Below, piece after piece: positions 36,101-47,076 of a DNA stretch of 64,000 bases. A model generated the notes under the pieces. The model saw only the letters and a list, made by a program, of their open reading frames with translations. It had not been told where the DNA came from and searched no databases. The stretch's first letter is position 1. Every line of letters starts with the position of its first letter. This DNA is from Haliotis rufescens (Eukaryota): positions 22,072,001-22,136,000 of the forward strand of contig NW_025963857.1 of assembly GCF_023055435.1 (NCBI RefSeq), written 5' to 3'. The position numbers were made by a program, and so were the translations under genes.

Positions 36101-38633
36101 AGCAACAGCATGGTCGAGCCAGAGGGAAGTGAGCAAGTGCTTAGATCATTTAGTGTGCAGATTACATTGCACAAAGGGTAATGTTTCTCAACTGACAGTG
36201 TGTGGTGGAGGGGTAGCCTAGTGGTTAAAGTGTTTGCTTGCCACGCCAAAGACCCGAGTTCGAATCCCCACATGGGTACAATATGTGAAGCCCATTTCTG
36301 GCATCCCCCACCGAGATGTTGCTGTAATATTATTGCGTAAAACCACACTCACTCACTCACTCACTCACTCACTCACTCACTCACTCACTCACTCACTCAC
36401 TGTCGGCAATGGTAGGGTTCACCCAATGTTGCTGGATGGGAGCAGGGCACACATCACTATTACTGTACATAGCGGCTGCATGGGTTCACAGCTGATGAAG
36501 GAAGATACTGTACACAAACGTGGGAAGTATTGACGATGGAGGAAAGATTATGTATCAGAATATTACTGTGTCCTGGGTGTTTTTAAACCTGGCTCTCGGT
36601 TAAATTCCTCTAGCAGTGACACTTTGCAACATTAGTCACTGTATAATTATTATGTCAGTGTGAGTAGGAAAACCATTCTTTCATAGACTCTCGTAATTAG
36701 AATTTATATCTTTCCAGTCTGTGCCAAACCTGAACTTGACTCTTGGCATTATGTTCAGTAGATTTCAGTGTTATCATATAGAATATTATTGGCTATACTG
36801 ACCGAACAGAAATTTAGCAGACTGGGATTTCGGACTGGTGGCTAAAGTCGCAGACTGCCTTTGTTCTCTGGGTCTGTGACATCTTTGGTGCAGAAATAAA
36901 GAGTGATTAATTGAAAGGTAGCCTACAGTCATGTAATGTTTGACTTATTTATAACATGGTACGTGTTTGTGGTGGCCAACTACAGGAAGACCTCCATGGT
37001 GAGGCAGGCCAGCATGGATCAGGTCCACAAGCCCTACCCCCTGGTGAGACAACAGAGCATCCATGAGGCAGAGGCGGAGCAGTGCTACCTGGCCCCCAAG
37101 ATAGACCACCGAATCTTCCAGTACAACGACGAGGTGAGACTGCAGGGCTAGACACCACTACAAATCCACAAGCCTGAAACTAGTGGAGATCTGAGGGACT
37201 GGCGGTTTACACTCAGGTCTAGTTGTTTCATTGGGTGGTGTTTTGCTCGCAAAATAAGTCACAATAGCAGGATATAATGAGTGCAACATTAAACAACAAT
37301 TTGTTAAAAATGTGTTGCATGGGCCTGTTCATCTGAAACAGTGGACCCGTTGGATTGATAGTGCTATTATTGACAGACACGTGCACATGCACACACATAC
37401 ACACACATACACACACATATACACTATAGTTTGGAAAACATACATAACTAGTGTGGTGCTTTTTTTGTCACTGTTTCTTTGAAATATATACTGGTACATA
37501 TATGCATATATATTTACCTTGCATTTACCAAACCTTAATATTTATAATTTTACCTTATCCTCATACTAAGTGCTTATCTCATCTCATTCTGAAAAGTTAG
37601 TGGAAACTCCTGTGCTGTGTTCTCTCACAGCCGCACCAGAAGCATGTGACCAAGCCAGAATACTCACCACTGTGAGAAATCTTGAACTGATATCCTAAGA
37701 TCTTACAGACTAGCAGATCAAAGAAAGATATTCAAAGCCTCAGTCTGGGACTTAAATATAGTCCTGAAGCATCTTACCAGTGACGCTTACCAACCTCTAG
37801 AAGAAACTGATTCGAACACCTGATACAGAAAACATTATTTCTACAGCCTTTACCCACGGCTGTCAGAATGTCAGAAATACATGCCACAGATTTCGGTCAC
37901 ACCAGATTCAACCACCGACCGAGAGTCCATGCCTCCTGTTTTACTATGTAAATTTATACTTATCCCGACTCATACGCTATAGCGCCCATCCAGCCATCCC
38001 TGTTTCCAGTATTCGTGTTTCGACCATTAAGGGTAAGCGAGAGGAGAGAGTGATGAGTATACCGGCTTGGTCACATTCCTCCGGTGCGGCTGCACTTTCT
38101 GAGGAGTGTGTTCGGGTGAGAAATATTTTCAGTTCTTGTGAACACAGCAAAGAGTGAGATGAGGTGAGATAAGCAGTGAGGATAAGTATTAATGATATAA
38201 TTACGCTGACAACGGGTGTAAATAGAGGAGTTATATCATGTATAATATATATTTCACTGGAAGAATTCATCCCCATTGTTGAAATACTGGTTGTTATACT
38301 TATTATGTGACAAGTGTCAACAGTAGTTAGAGATGTCGTTGCCACTGTGACTCTTTTACATTGTATACAATTGTTTGAGAATTATTTAGAAATTAAGTCG
38401 CAGGATTCTTTACCCCCATCTTGGGTATGAAGATTAGAAGCAGTAATGCTTTAATCTATGACATCTTCATCCACTCTTCCTGACACAGAGATGAGACGAG
38501 AGTAATTGGCCTCTTTGATACTTTTCAGAAACTGAAGCTGATGTTGGCACTGAAGCCACAGTTTAGCAGGATTCTCAGCAAAGTGTCTGAGGATGCCAGT
38601 GACAGTGTGGAGATGGCAGACGAGGACAACTGA
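15528..38633 (+). CDS. Cytosolic 5'-nucleotidase family metallophosphoesterase (CG11883/YfkN-like; metallophos plus 5'-nucleotidase C-terminal domain), 13 coding exons, 565 aa
   Basis: Exons 15528-15687, 16058-16144, 17432-17571, 19394-19519, 21360-21485, 22504-22669, 24526-24621, 31020-31187, 32310-32482, 34391-34468, 35342-35466, 36986-37133, 38529-38633 join in frame (1698 nt), all GT-AG. Motifs: IIHFNDVY, FSGDAL, GNHDFDFG, ALTH, LGGHDH, RTQETNLGN, NSGTFR, ALENGVS..EGRFPQVSG, GKDGY. No signal peptide; in-frame TGA at 15519 upstream of the ATG. Confidence 0.93.
16058..16144 (+). CDS. 5'-nucleotidase coding exon 2
   Basis: MSIFLKGEQMLPVLNGVGVNCAVYGNHDF; ttgcag acceptor, gtaagg donor. Confidence 0.92.
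17432..17571 (+). CDS. 5'-nucleotidase coding exon 3
   Basis: DFGVDHLEDFAEQSSFPWLLSNV...WNDIK; tttcag acceptor, gtagtg donor. Confidence 0.92.
17961..18523. mobile_element. hAT-like MITE splitting a family-A element
   Basis: Perfect 14-bp TIR CAGGCCTCAAAGTT; TTGGG duplicated on both sides; family-A sequence resumes after it. Confidence 0.88.
18647..18828 (+). mobile_element. Family-B tRNA-SINE
   Basis: Homologous to the 19026 copy; ctcgtagcaaatgg / ctgtagcaaatgg TSD-like flanks. Confidence 0.88.
19026..19190 (+). mobile_element. Family-B tRNA-derived SINE with (ACTC)n tail, representative
   Basis: A box TAGCCTAGTGG, GTC anticodon-like loop, B box GGTTCGATTCC. Other copies at ~7866-7940(-), 18647-18828, 23915-24165, 36207-36400, 55868-55970(-), 62151-62311(-), 62978-63147. 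Confidence 0.9.
19394..19519 (+). CDS. 5'-nucleotidase coding exon 4
   Basis: IGFVGLVEEEWIETLATL...LLKKE; ttccag acceptor, gtgggt donor. Confidence 0.92.
19614..20056 (+). mobile_element. 5S rRNA-headed SINE (SINE3) with CORE-like body and L2-like tail
   Basis: GCCAATACCATACCTCCCTGAA and GAAGTAAAGCAAGGTC..CTTGGATGGGTGACC resemble the 5S 5' end and internal control region; CTTGGGCAAG..TGCCTCTGTTCACCCAG..AATGGGTACC core; tail CTTTGAGCAT..TATAA..TATTAT. Confidence 0.72.
20342..20610 (+). mobile_element. Family-A short retroelement (about 270 bp, (CAAA)n tail), full-length representative
   Basis: About 20 copies or fragments in the window: ~507-715, 1912-2075, 4045-4275(-), 6690-7105, 10075-10335(-), 13807-13990(-), 15860-16005(-), 17693-18605(-), 22028-22102, 25405-25640, 26170-26435, 29553-29680, 30270-30460, 31292-31556, 34499-34860, 39345-39425, 52283-52540(-), 57826-57905(-), 59652-59828(-). 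Confidence 0.9.
21071..21201. mobile_element. Tc1-type palindromic MITE (TACTACTCAAAAGAAGTT termini); relatives at about 41543-41632 and 46646-46739
   Basis: About 40-bp inverted termini with TA flanks; the terminus resembles the Tc1 right end at about 55590-55611. Confidence 0.8.
21360..21485 (+). CDS. 5'-nucleotidase coding exon 5
   Basis: QGCDMVIALTHMRWPNDRRLAESVPDIDIILGGHDHDYGVEM; ttccag acceptor, gtaaac donor. Confidence 0.92.
22166..22475 (+). mobile_element. Miniature LTR retrotransposon (TRIM) with tRNA-Arg(TCG)-derived LTRs and tRNA-Lys PBS
   Basis: Direct repeats 22224-22326 and 22383-22475, both ending GCTACA. TGGCGCCCAACGTGGGGC at 22328-22345. LTR core TGGACAAGGTGTCCGACCTCGGATCAGAAGG..TTCGAATCC resembles tRNA-Arg. 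Flanks ctagt / ctagc. Confidence 0.85.
22504..22669 (+). CDS. 5'-nucleotidase coding exon 6
   Basis: VNNTYIVKSGTDFRNLS...EDPLMKEIVDSKL; tacag acceptor, gtgagt donor. Confidence 0.92.
22938..23870. mobile_element. Possible non-autonomous element with palindromic ends (Crypton-like)
   Basis: Hairpin GGATGAAGCCAGTAATA...TATTACTGGCTTCATCC at the left end and a ~165-bp imperfect palindrome TAAGAATT...AATTCTTA at 23708-23870; classification is inference. Confidence 0.4.
23915..24166 (+). mobile_element. Family-B tRNA-SINE with compound (AACG)n(GCAC)n tail
   Basis: Body homologous to 19026; the tail microsatellite has changed unit. Confidence 0.85.
24526..24621 (+). CDS. 5'-nucleotidase coding exon 7
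   Basis: EAVGSRMDEELGEMAVEMDGRFQNIRTQETNL; ttcag acceptor, gtgagt donor. Confidence 0.92.
   Translation, partial: RLWGPGWMRSWGRWLWRWMADSRIYVPRRLI
24650..24941 (+). repeat. 146-bp direct tandem duplication
   Basis: acaggatagtttgactg...ctacccttgccaca occurs twice. Confidence 0.92.
26170..26435 (+). mobile_element. Family-A short retroelement
   Basis: Full-length copy. Confidence 0.88.
26572..27078 (-). mobile_element. Same MITE family, copy 2, nested in an older CAGTG...CACTG element (about 26546-27563)
   Basis: Same TIRs; aattacc duplicated on the flanks; carries an internal ~75-bp segment absent from copy 1. Confidence 0.85.
28050..30200. repeat. Long inverted repeat: 28050-28210 versus 29718-29792 plus 30111-30200
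   Basis: The arms align as reverse complements once the SINE at 29793-30110 is removed. Confidence 0.85.
29793..30110 (-). mobile_element. Family-C tRNA-SINE with Meta-domain-like core, representative
   Basis: Minus strand has a tRNA head, then AAAGATGGCACTTTTGTTACCCTGTCTGG..GCATTAAGGG..GGACTGGT.GGCTC core. Other copies at ~4932-5207(-), 8143-8485(-), 9750-9940(-), 21540-21705(+), 46375-46505(-). Confidence 0.8.
31020..31187 (+). CDS. 5'-nucleotidase coding exon 8
   Basis: GNFVMDIMLTATKAEIALLNSGTFRSD...PLVVLKVT; tgtag acceptor, gtgggt donor. Confidence 0.92.
31292..31556 (+). mobile_element. Family-A short retroelement
   Basis: Full-length copy; aataattatag / aatgattatag TSD-like flanks. 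Confidence 0.88.
32310..32482 (+). CDS. 5'-nucleotidase coding exon 9
   Basis: GSQLHQALENGVSKYPKLEGRFPQVSG...GYLELDR; ttcccag acceptor, gtaagg donor. Confidence 0.92.
32413..33960 (+). repeat. 97-bp tandem array derived from the nucleotidase exon 9/intron junction
   Basis: GATAAG|GTAAGG recurs at 32580, 32677, 32774 ... 33841 (14 intronic copies), plus the exonic original and degenerate distal units. Confidence 0.97.
34391..34468 (+). CDS. 5'-nucleotidase coding exon 10
   Basis: VYTLCTKEYIAAGKDGYDVFKPCEIA; ccttcag acceptor, gtgaga donor. Confidence 0.92.
34499..34862 (+). mobile_element. Family-A element with a tandemly repeated 5' 149 bp
   Basis: The head occurs at 34499 and again at 34648. 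Confidence 0.88.
35342..35466 (+). CDS. 5'-nucleotidase coding exon 11
   Basis: VSAEQCQSLSTTVNNHFDSV...HRQSLLCLAR; ttgcag acceptor, gtatgt donor. Confidence 0.88.
35506..35732 (-). mobile_element. tRNA-SINE with V-domain-like motif
   Basis: Minus strand has B box GGTTCAAATCC, TCCGGCTTTCCTCCCAC and an (ACTC)n tail. Confidence 0.6.
36207..36400 (+). mobile_element. Family-B tRNA-SINE with long (ACTC)n tail
   Basis: A/B boxes and family body. Confidence 0.88.
36986..37133 (+). CDS. 5'-nucleotidase coding exon 12
   Basis: KTSMVRQASMDQ...CYLAPKIDHRIFQYNDE; tacag acceptor, gtgaga donor; phases match the neighbouring exons. Confidence 0.88.
38529..38633 (+). CDS. 5'-nucleotidase probable last coding exon
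   Basis: cttttcag|KLKLMLALKPQFSRILSKVSEDASDSVEMADEDN TGA; phase 0 fits the previous donor. Confidence 0.72.
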   Translation, partial: KLKLMLALKPQFSRILSKVSEDASDSVEMADEDN

Positions 38634-39434
38634 TAAAAATCACAACCTCTACCCGATCACATTTCCAAGTTTTAATCTTGTTTTAGCTCACCTTGCTGAC
38701 AGCAAACCTTTTGACTGACATTAAGTTTTAATGGCATTATGTGAAAATCATTCCATTGCTGTTGCAACAATTATGAATGCCAAATAGCAGATCTACCTCA
38801 GGACACATCAAATTTGTTCATAACGTTGGTCGAGAATAAGTTGCAGCTGTATCAAGACTGGTATATGTGGTTTTATGGGTCCCATGTTAAAACCACATAT
38901 ACTCCTTGTGATACTGCTACAGCGAATTTATCTTGCCAACATATTTCAATATGCCATTATAAAAGAATTGAAAGAAATTGAAAATTGATAGGAAACAGCT
39001 GTTCAATTGATCTGAGGTGAACTTGTGCTGTGTCATGTGACTTTCATCGACTCGTAAACAATGCATGGCTTTTAGCGTCATAGCGGGGTGTAAGAGATTT
39101 ATCCTCTCACTTAAAAATTCACATGCAGCCTGTGCAGCCTTCGCATCTGGGTAAAAGGGATTTATCAACTTTTGTTCACTTCTTTTAAAACCATTTTTTA
39201 GACACTTATATTTTTGTGACAATCACATTAATTCAGGGACATTATGATGGACTAATGCAAATGATATTAGATTGTTATAAGACATATGAGGGTGATGTTT
39301 AGAACATCTTCAAAATCCTTGAATATGTACCGAACTTCAGCCTAACCATGAAGATCCAGATTAGAACAGGTCTTCAGCAACCATTGCTTTCAGTAAGAGG
39401 CGACTATTCTTGTCATAAGAGGCCGTAAGGTACT

Positions 39435-39628
39435 GTAAGGTGTAACTGCCCAATAGTTAAGGTACCGTAAGGTGTAACTGCCCAATAGTTAAGGTACCGT
39501 AAGGTGTAACTGCCCAATAGTTAAGGTACCGTAATGTGTAACTGCCCAATAGTTAAGGTACCATAAGGTGTAACTGCCCAATAGTTAAGGTATCGTAAGG
39601 TGTAACTGCCCAATAGTTAAGGTATCGT
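39435..39628 (+). repeat. 32-bp minisatellite, 6 copies
   Basis: Unit GTAAGGTGTAACTGCCCAATAGTTAAGGTACC, abutting a truncated family-A head. Confidence 0.95.
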
Positions 39629-40619
39629 ATCGACAAGAATTGCACAAGAAAATTGCACATAGCTTTCACAAGGCACTATGTAAGCATTCAAGGCTACATC
39701 TGTGAAAAATACCATATCATTTTTATCCACCGCCATGAAGTGGGTCAGGGGACACAGGAACAGAGTTCATCCATCTGTCTGTCCGTCCTTCTGTCCGTCC
39801 GCTTCTCAAAGGGGACAAATTTTCTCCAAAATTATTTAAGTTAGAGAAATGAAATTTTACACACTGGTATTACTGGTCATGATTAATTGGTGTCTTAAAT
39901 TAATTTTTTACAGAGTTATGGCCCTTGCTTCGTGTTTTTCAACTTAGTGCATACTGTGTGAAATGGGGACAAGTTTTCTCAGAAACTACTAAAGTTACAT
40001 GAACAAAAGTTTGTGTGCTTATCTAAGAGATACTTGTCCAAACTGAGTTCGAAAATTAGTGCCATAGATTATTTTTCCAGAGAAGGGGCTTTTTGTGTTT
40101 GTTACTTTCACATTTAATCATTTATTCTGATGACATAAAGCAACCCTTAGAACTCTTTCTTATAGTTTATGTTCACTACTAAATGAACAAAAAGATTCTA
40201 ATGTGCCCCATGGCGGGGGGGAGTGATGACGCTGTTTTTTTGTTGCATCTGTCGCAAGGTTCAGTGTATGTGTCCAAGGTTGGAGAATAATAACGTATAA
40301 AGCTATGCCATGCAATGTTATATCTTTATGGTTAATCCTATATGGCATATATGACACTCAAGTTGGGCATTCAATTCCTGCCAAACCAGGACAAGATGAG
40401 AGTGGCGAGGAATACCAAGCTGTGTTACTTAAATACAAGTTGATTGTTAAAGCTTTACTGTCAAACTTAACTATGTGTTTATTGTTGTGTTGGTGTATAC
40501 GTCTGATATACAGCGTTGCATAATGTTTTAAGATATAGAATATCTATAATGGCGTCATTTACCACACCTTTATTTGTTACCTAAAATGGCTTGTTAAGAA
40601 TACTGCTGTGTTATATATA

Positions 40620-40958
40620 CCGTATTCGACGTAATAAGCGCCCTGCTCTGATAAGCGCCCACGGCGATATTTGCTAATATATTGGCTAGTGAACAATCCC
40701 AGTTACCACCCCTTCCGATTGATCAATGTACACAAGACTTATTTATTCGTGTATAATACGTGTGTTATATGCATCCTTAATTATGGGAAATTAGATTCTG
40801 GAAAAATATATCTGTTGTATATAAACATTTCAGGCTGTCAGCATAAACCACAAAATTTACAATCTTTCAACCCTGTTTTTCACCAAAATAATATTCTAAT
40901 AAGAGCCCCCTATTTCTAATTTTGAGAGTGCCCTGGGTGCTTATTATGTCGAATACAG
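40620..40958. mobile_element. pogo/Tigger-like MITE
   Basis: Inverted termini ta|CCGTATTCGACGTAATAAGCGCCC ... GGGTGCTTATTATGTCGAATACAG. Confidence 0.75.
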
Positions 40959-42122
40959 TCCATGTTGATTCAGTAGATGCTGTTGTATATAGAAGGTTAT
41001 ATACTAGTACCTGTCATAGTTATTTTTTATATTTATTATCACAGTATATATATATTTTAATATGTTTGTTTGTTTAAGAGTAATTGTGATGCAAAATATT
41101 GTACGCTACATTGACACATTAGTAGATTGTGCCTCAGTGGTATTGTTATGTAAAAAGAGTGATTGAAGGTTAATGATTTCATTATGTGTTTGTTAGACTA
41201 CAAGTGGCAGGCAAAATGGATATCCTCTTTAACTGGGTATATATTAAAGTGGATTATATTTTCTTTTAATATCTTAATTCTTTTTTACCCTTTATGTGCT
41301 TCGTGTCATTTTTGTGCTCAATTTATTTCAATTACATTCACTGAAAGTAGCATCTGCAATTTCCAGAGCTACAAAAATTAAGAATTAGATTTTCATCCAA
41401 ATTTTAAGAAAATATGAGGTGGGAGCAATTTATTTGTTACTTAATTATTTTAAACAAAGTTTTCAAAGGATAGGTGTACAAAAAATGTATAAAAAGTATT
41501 GATGTACAACTGTAATGTCACTTTGACCAACATATTATAAATACACTACTCAAAAAGTTAAGAATATATGGCATGACGTGAACTATAGTAATATGAAAGA
41601 ACTGTGTAGTCTTAAGCTTTTTTTAGTAGTATATGATCAAGTCCCACATATCAGCAACATTTTTTGTGCATTAAAGCAAATTGTTATGCATATCATATAT
41701 TTTTCTCATTATTGTTGCAATCATTTTCATTAATGGTGGTACTGATGCTGCTATGTTTAGTATTGTTGTTATCCCTCATTGAGCTGGTGTATAGTTCTAC
41801 CTTACCCATGTATCACTCCAAGTCTCTCTCACACAGCTGTCTAATAACGTTCATGTTTTTTACACAGATATTTGTTATGCCATATCTTGCACCAAAACAC
41901 ACTGATAATGTCATTTAGAAAGTGGTCAAATGTAACAAATGTTATATTTGGGATGACACTTTCTTAGTAAACATTTCTAAATTTTTTAGATTTGACCACT
42001 TTCTAGATGGCATTGTGTGTTCATAGCATTCGGTCATGGGAGCCGTGGTAATTTACACTAGCAGAGGGGTACACAGAGTAGGTGATCTAGACTACCAGAT
42101 GTCGGACTTTCATTTTTGTGGA

Positions 42123-42230
42123 AGCCTCGATGGCTGAGTGGGTTAGATTGCTGACTTTGTGTGCTGGCAATTAGGTGCCTCACTCTGGCAATGTGGGTTC
42201 GAATCCCGGATGGGACTCAACCGAAAAAAG
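42123..42230 (+). mobile_element. tRNA-derived (long variable arm) SINE head or pseudo-tRNA
   Basis: A box TGGCTGAGTGG and B box GGTTCGAATCC with a long spacer; no clean cloverleaf. Confidence 0.6.
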
Positions 42231-43257
42231 TATGAGAATCTGTACTTTACTCAGAAAGTGTTATCCCATATACAACATTTGTTACATTTAACCATGTTCA
42301 TTGTGTGTTCATAAGGAGCTGGTATGTAAAGTCAGCCTCAGCGTCAGTCAATACTGTATATTAGACTGCAACTCCATCTATGTGTTCTGAAGGAAAACGT
42401 TTTCGTATTCTTTGAAAATGTATCATGGGTCGGTGGCCCCTTCAGACTAATTAAAAAACAACATCAACTAACCTGCCACATCACATCAATTTCCTTATAT
42501 AACACTGAGTAGTCCAGATACACACCAGCGAGTCTATACTGTTAGATAAACACGTTGTTTCAGCCTTCCTTGTCAACTACAACACATGCATCTATAGTTT
42601 AAAAACCACTGACTGACTCTAAGTTACATTTTCATCACACCGCTTCCTACTCATAAAAAATATCGTATGCAAAAGTAGCTTTGATCTTCGGTAATCTCAT
42701 CAACAGGGTGTCGCAAAACTTTCAGACGCAGTTAGGTTAGTGTTAGACACTCGCAATAATTTCATAGCGCAAAACATTCCTGATTTACTTAACTGTTTTT
42801 CAGCATTTCAACTTTTGCTCGTTATATGTTATTGACAAAAAAATCCACAGTTACTTGGTGCTAGCATATACAACGAAAAAAAACAGAGAAAAGGTGATGA
42901 ATGTTATCCTTTTCCTTGTCAGTATATGAGAGTGTTTTTAGCATGTTAAGTGTCTGAAATTGAATTTGCTGTTACACGTTTAGAACAGCAGTCACACTGG
43001 TTGTTTCCTGATGGTTGACTCTTGCAGGTCTGTCAGTCCAAGTTGTCAGGTGTTTCTCTTGTTGAACATGCGTCGACTACTATTGTGAACTTTCAATCAA
43101 ACCAGCTTTTAATGGTTCTTAGTCATTGTTACACAGTATATGGACTTTTTTGTCATTTGTTGAAGTCCTTGTTGCATTTTGATCAGGCCAGACTGGGAGT
43201 TTTCATGTTAATGTATATCAGGGTTGCAAAAATAGCCCATCCTCACTGTCCAGGATG

Positions 43258-43486
43258 GGTTATTTCCACTAAGGACCGGTGAAATACATGGCTTTATTCC
43301 ACCAAGGACTGGTGAAATACAAGGGTTAATTCCACCAAGTACCGGTGAAATACAAGGGTGAATTCCACCAAGGAACGGTGAAATACAAGGGTTAATTCCA
43401 CAAATGACCGGTGATATCAGGGGTTAATTCCACAAAGGACAATGTAATACAAGGGTTAATGCCACCAAGGACCTGTGAAATACAAG
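43258..43486 (+). repeat. 33-bp minisatellite, about 7 copies, within a hAT-like element starting near 43219
   Basis: Unit TTAATTCCACCAAGGACCGGTGAAATACAAGGG. Confidence 0.9.
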
Positions 43487-46400
43487 TTTACCCGTCCCGT
43501 GGATGGTTATATTTTTTCTGCCAATTAGTAATTAATACAAATCTCCATATGAACAGGTAAAACGACTAGAGTCAGCAGCAAGGGTAGTGATATTGTGATA
43601 GTTTCTCTTTTGTGGAACTCTGGTATCAGTGGTCAGTAGTTGACAAATTGACTGTTATTTATTGTATTGATGGGCAATAAGTGTTGTTACATTGCTGGAC
43701 TAGAAGTTATGTCATTTGTTGTTTTTTGTAGTAACAACCACTGCTATTTCAAGTTCGAAGTACTAGAAATGAAAAAAAGAGATGCATCATCACGTTTGGA
43801 TTCCATAAAATGTGGGAATGGCAATTTTTGACAAGGACTGGTAAGACTTTCAAGTAGCCAGTCCTGTGGTTTCGGGTAAATATATTTCAAGCCTGCAACC
43901 CCGGGATTATCTTACCTTTTATGATTAGTCAAAAGAACAAATTTATTTTAGAAAAGATGACTTGGCAATTATAAATATGCTTGTTTCAAACTTCCTGATA
44001 GGTTCTTCCAATGTCATTTCAAAACACCTTTGAAGTATAGGATAAAACACGTCCAAGGATTGTTATATTTAAAACCTGCATCCCAAGGGATTTTCCGAGG
44101 ATAAGGTTTTTAAATATAACAACCTCAGGGGGAAGTGTTTTATCTTACTTATAAACCGAATTTGAACCTTAAAACAACATTTATCAACATTTCGAACATA
44201 CTTTCCATGAACCTTAGGAAACAGGCGTAAAATATCTGTCGCTGGTGTACGGATCTTGAAAAGGACATTCTAGAAAGCAGTGCGGCTTATCAACACCTCT
44301 GTAGCCTTGTGGTACACTCACTGGGCTACAGATATGAAGGTTGCGAGTTCAATCCTCGGGAATATAAAGAAAACATTTGTCATTTGATTTTACATTTCAT
44401 TGCATTTTACAATCTGAATAGAAGTTATATTAATAAAATACCCAGGACATTATATAAAATCCCTGGGATATAGCAAATATGACTTGAATATCCTATAAAA
44501 TCGCGACTGGAGTAACAATAAGATGACGTCACCGAAGGTTTATAAGGAAAATAAATCTTTTTTGATAATAGGGCATTTACAAGAATAAATATGCATACTG
44601 TTGGTGTTTTTGTGAAAACAAATTATTAGGTTATTTGAAATTTAACTTACTGTTGTTGTTGTTGCACTAAGCGCCTCACTCCAAATAGGTAATCTCAATA
44701 AGCGCATATCACTAAGCCCAAAAATGTACACGTAAATCTGTATTTGTAATCCACAAATCTTGTTTACAGGAAACCCTGCAGTCTAGAAGGCAGTGTATAT
44801 AATTGCCTCGTAACTATATGAAAAAAGTTTCAGTTTCATTGACTAGGTGTGCTATCTACCACTTGATCGCTGACAACAAGTTTTACTTGTGTATGGTTTT
44901 AATAAGGACCCTACTTAGTGAATTTTCTATGCTCCCAGGGCGCTTATTACAGCATGTACAGTAGTTGAAAGAAATTTTCGCCTATGGTTTGTCATATATT
45001 AACTGTATTAACCTCAGATAGATGGGTCTGGCCCAATGACGATTTTTGCTGAGCAAACAAATTGCTGCATAGTTTGTTCTCCACAACAGACAAAACTGGT
45101 GTCTGCAAGAGGGTAGGTCATCAGAGATGGAGCGATGTGGACATTGTTACATTTGTCATGTATCGGAGACAAGGGTACCGGTTAGAGATTATCTCCTCGG
45201 TGAAACCAATCTCAATAAGATCAGAACTTTGTCCAGCTGTAGCAAGTTGATACTTTGTAGTTCTCCCAAATATTAGCCAAAAGAGCTGCTACTTAGAGAT
45301 TTTAATATAAGTTTGTCTTGGATTTACCATTGCATGACATCTTCAGAAGACATTACACGTTAAAAAGGCATTCACTAACATTGGTTTACAAGTATCTCAG
45401 TTTAGATGTGTGTTCTGTGGACTAGTTTTAACTTGTTATTTTAGAGGCATTTTCTGAAAAAAGGCTAATGAGCAGTCAGGTGGGTGTTGCCTGCTCTGGC
45501 TCCCCCCTGTTTAGTCTGTGGGTGTTGGCTGCTCTGGCTTCCCCCTGTTTAGTCTGTGGGTGTTGGCTGACAAAAACTATACAGATGTGGGGTGGGGGAG
45601 GAAAGCTCTGCTTTTATCGGTCCAGTATACCATGCTGCTATGTGATAGATAGGATAGCAGAATAAGGAAGTACTGCATCGGAAAACAGTGTAATGGGATC
45701 TCAACTTTTGTCATTGTATCAGTTCATTAATATTTTTAATATAATGATAATAATAATTAATATATTAACTGGCATTAATTGAAGCCTCTATTTGAAATAG
45801 ACTTTCTGAAATGGCAGGATGTTGATGAATGCTGTCTCTATGCCTTGCTTATTGTGTACCGGTATATTCTTTTGTTAATACCAACTTTATTAAAGTTATT
45901 AAATACTTATCACAATACTTATCATGTTTATTGTTGTCTTGAATTTCAGTTAAGTGTTATGTCATGATTACATCATTATGATTGTTGTGTGATTATATTG
46001 TTACATACTGTCACTGAAACTGGACATTTCCACAAACTACATTCAGTAAAATTCTAAATGACAGATTTGCAAACTTTGCTGAAACACTGAAAACGCATAT
46101 TCAACTTCAACCTGAAAAACAAGAAAATGATTTTAGCAGTAACTATCTAATCCCATAACAAATGACATTTTTGTGTTTGCTCATCTCATTACTAAGTACA
46201 CAAAACAACTCAATTTGGTTTTGTTGTCATTTTGTCAAATATTACAAAAAGATTAATGTGCATCTTCAGAGTGTTTTGGGTACCAGTCCGAATTAAAGCC
46301 TGTTTAATAGTGCTAGACCACTGACAAACCAAAGTTTTACATGACTACAAAACTCAGTCTACTGTATACAGACTCCAAGCCGAGCCGACCAGTCCTTGCA

Positions 46401-47076
46401 CCAGGCAGGGTAACAAAAAGTACCATCTTATCACGTCTTTTGGTATGATGATTAAACCCTGACCTTCAGCTCTCCCGGCAGACACTCTATCCACTCGACT
46501 ACAGAGCCCCTTCACTTGGTATCAAGTCCTAATTAAATTACAGAACATTACAAAATACATGTCCAATAAAAATACTCTGGTGTGGGAGAAATTCACTGGC
46601 AAGTTACTGACGTGAAAGAGGTGTGAAAAAAAATGGATGCAGGGTATATATACTAATTAAGAGAGTTAAGGCCAACCGTTTCTGTCACATTTAGTAACAT
46701 GAAAGATTGAGGTGGTCCTTAACTTCTTTTGAGTAGTATTTCATAATGGTATTGAGATGACATAAACTGGATACTCAAGGATGTAAGAAGATATGAAGAA
46801 AAAGAACCTTCTTTATTGAGGGCTGCATCCAGAGAGTACCTGGACCAGTGACTGTCAACTCAATCAGGGTGTGGAGAAAATATTAAAATTGTGTTTCCTA
46901 TGAAAATGACCAAGGTCCCGGAACTACAGGCCCTACTGTGCTCCTTAAGGCTTGAGGACCAGAAGGCCAAATTCCGCCCCCTTGCTTGGAATTTGAATAT
47001 GGTAATTCTAGGTTTGCAGCGGCGGCGGCGGCGACGACGCATGCACGCACGCACGCACACACACACACACACACAC

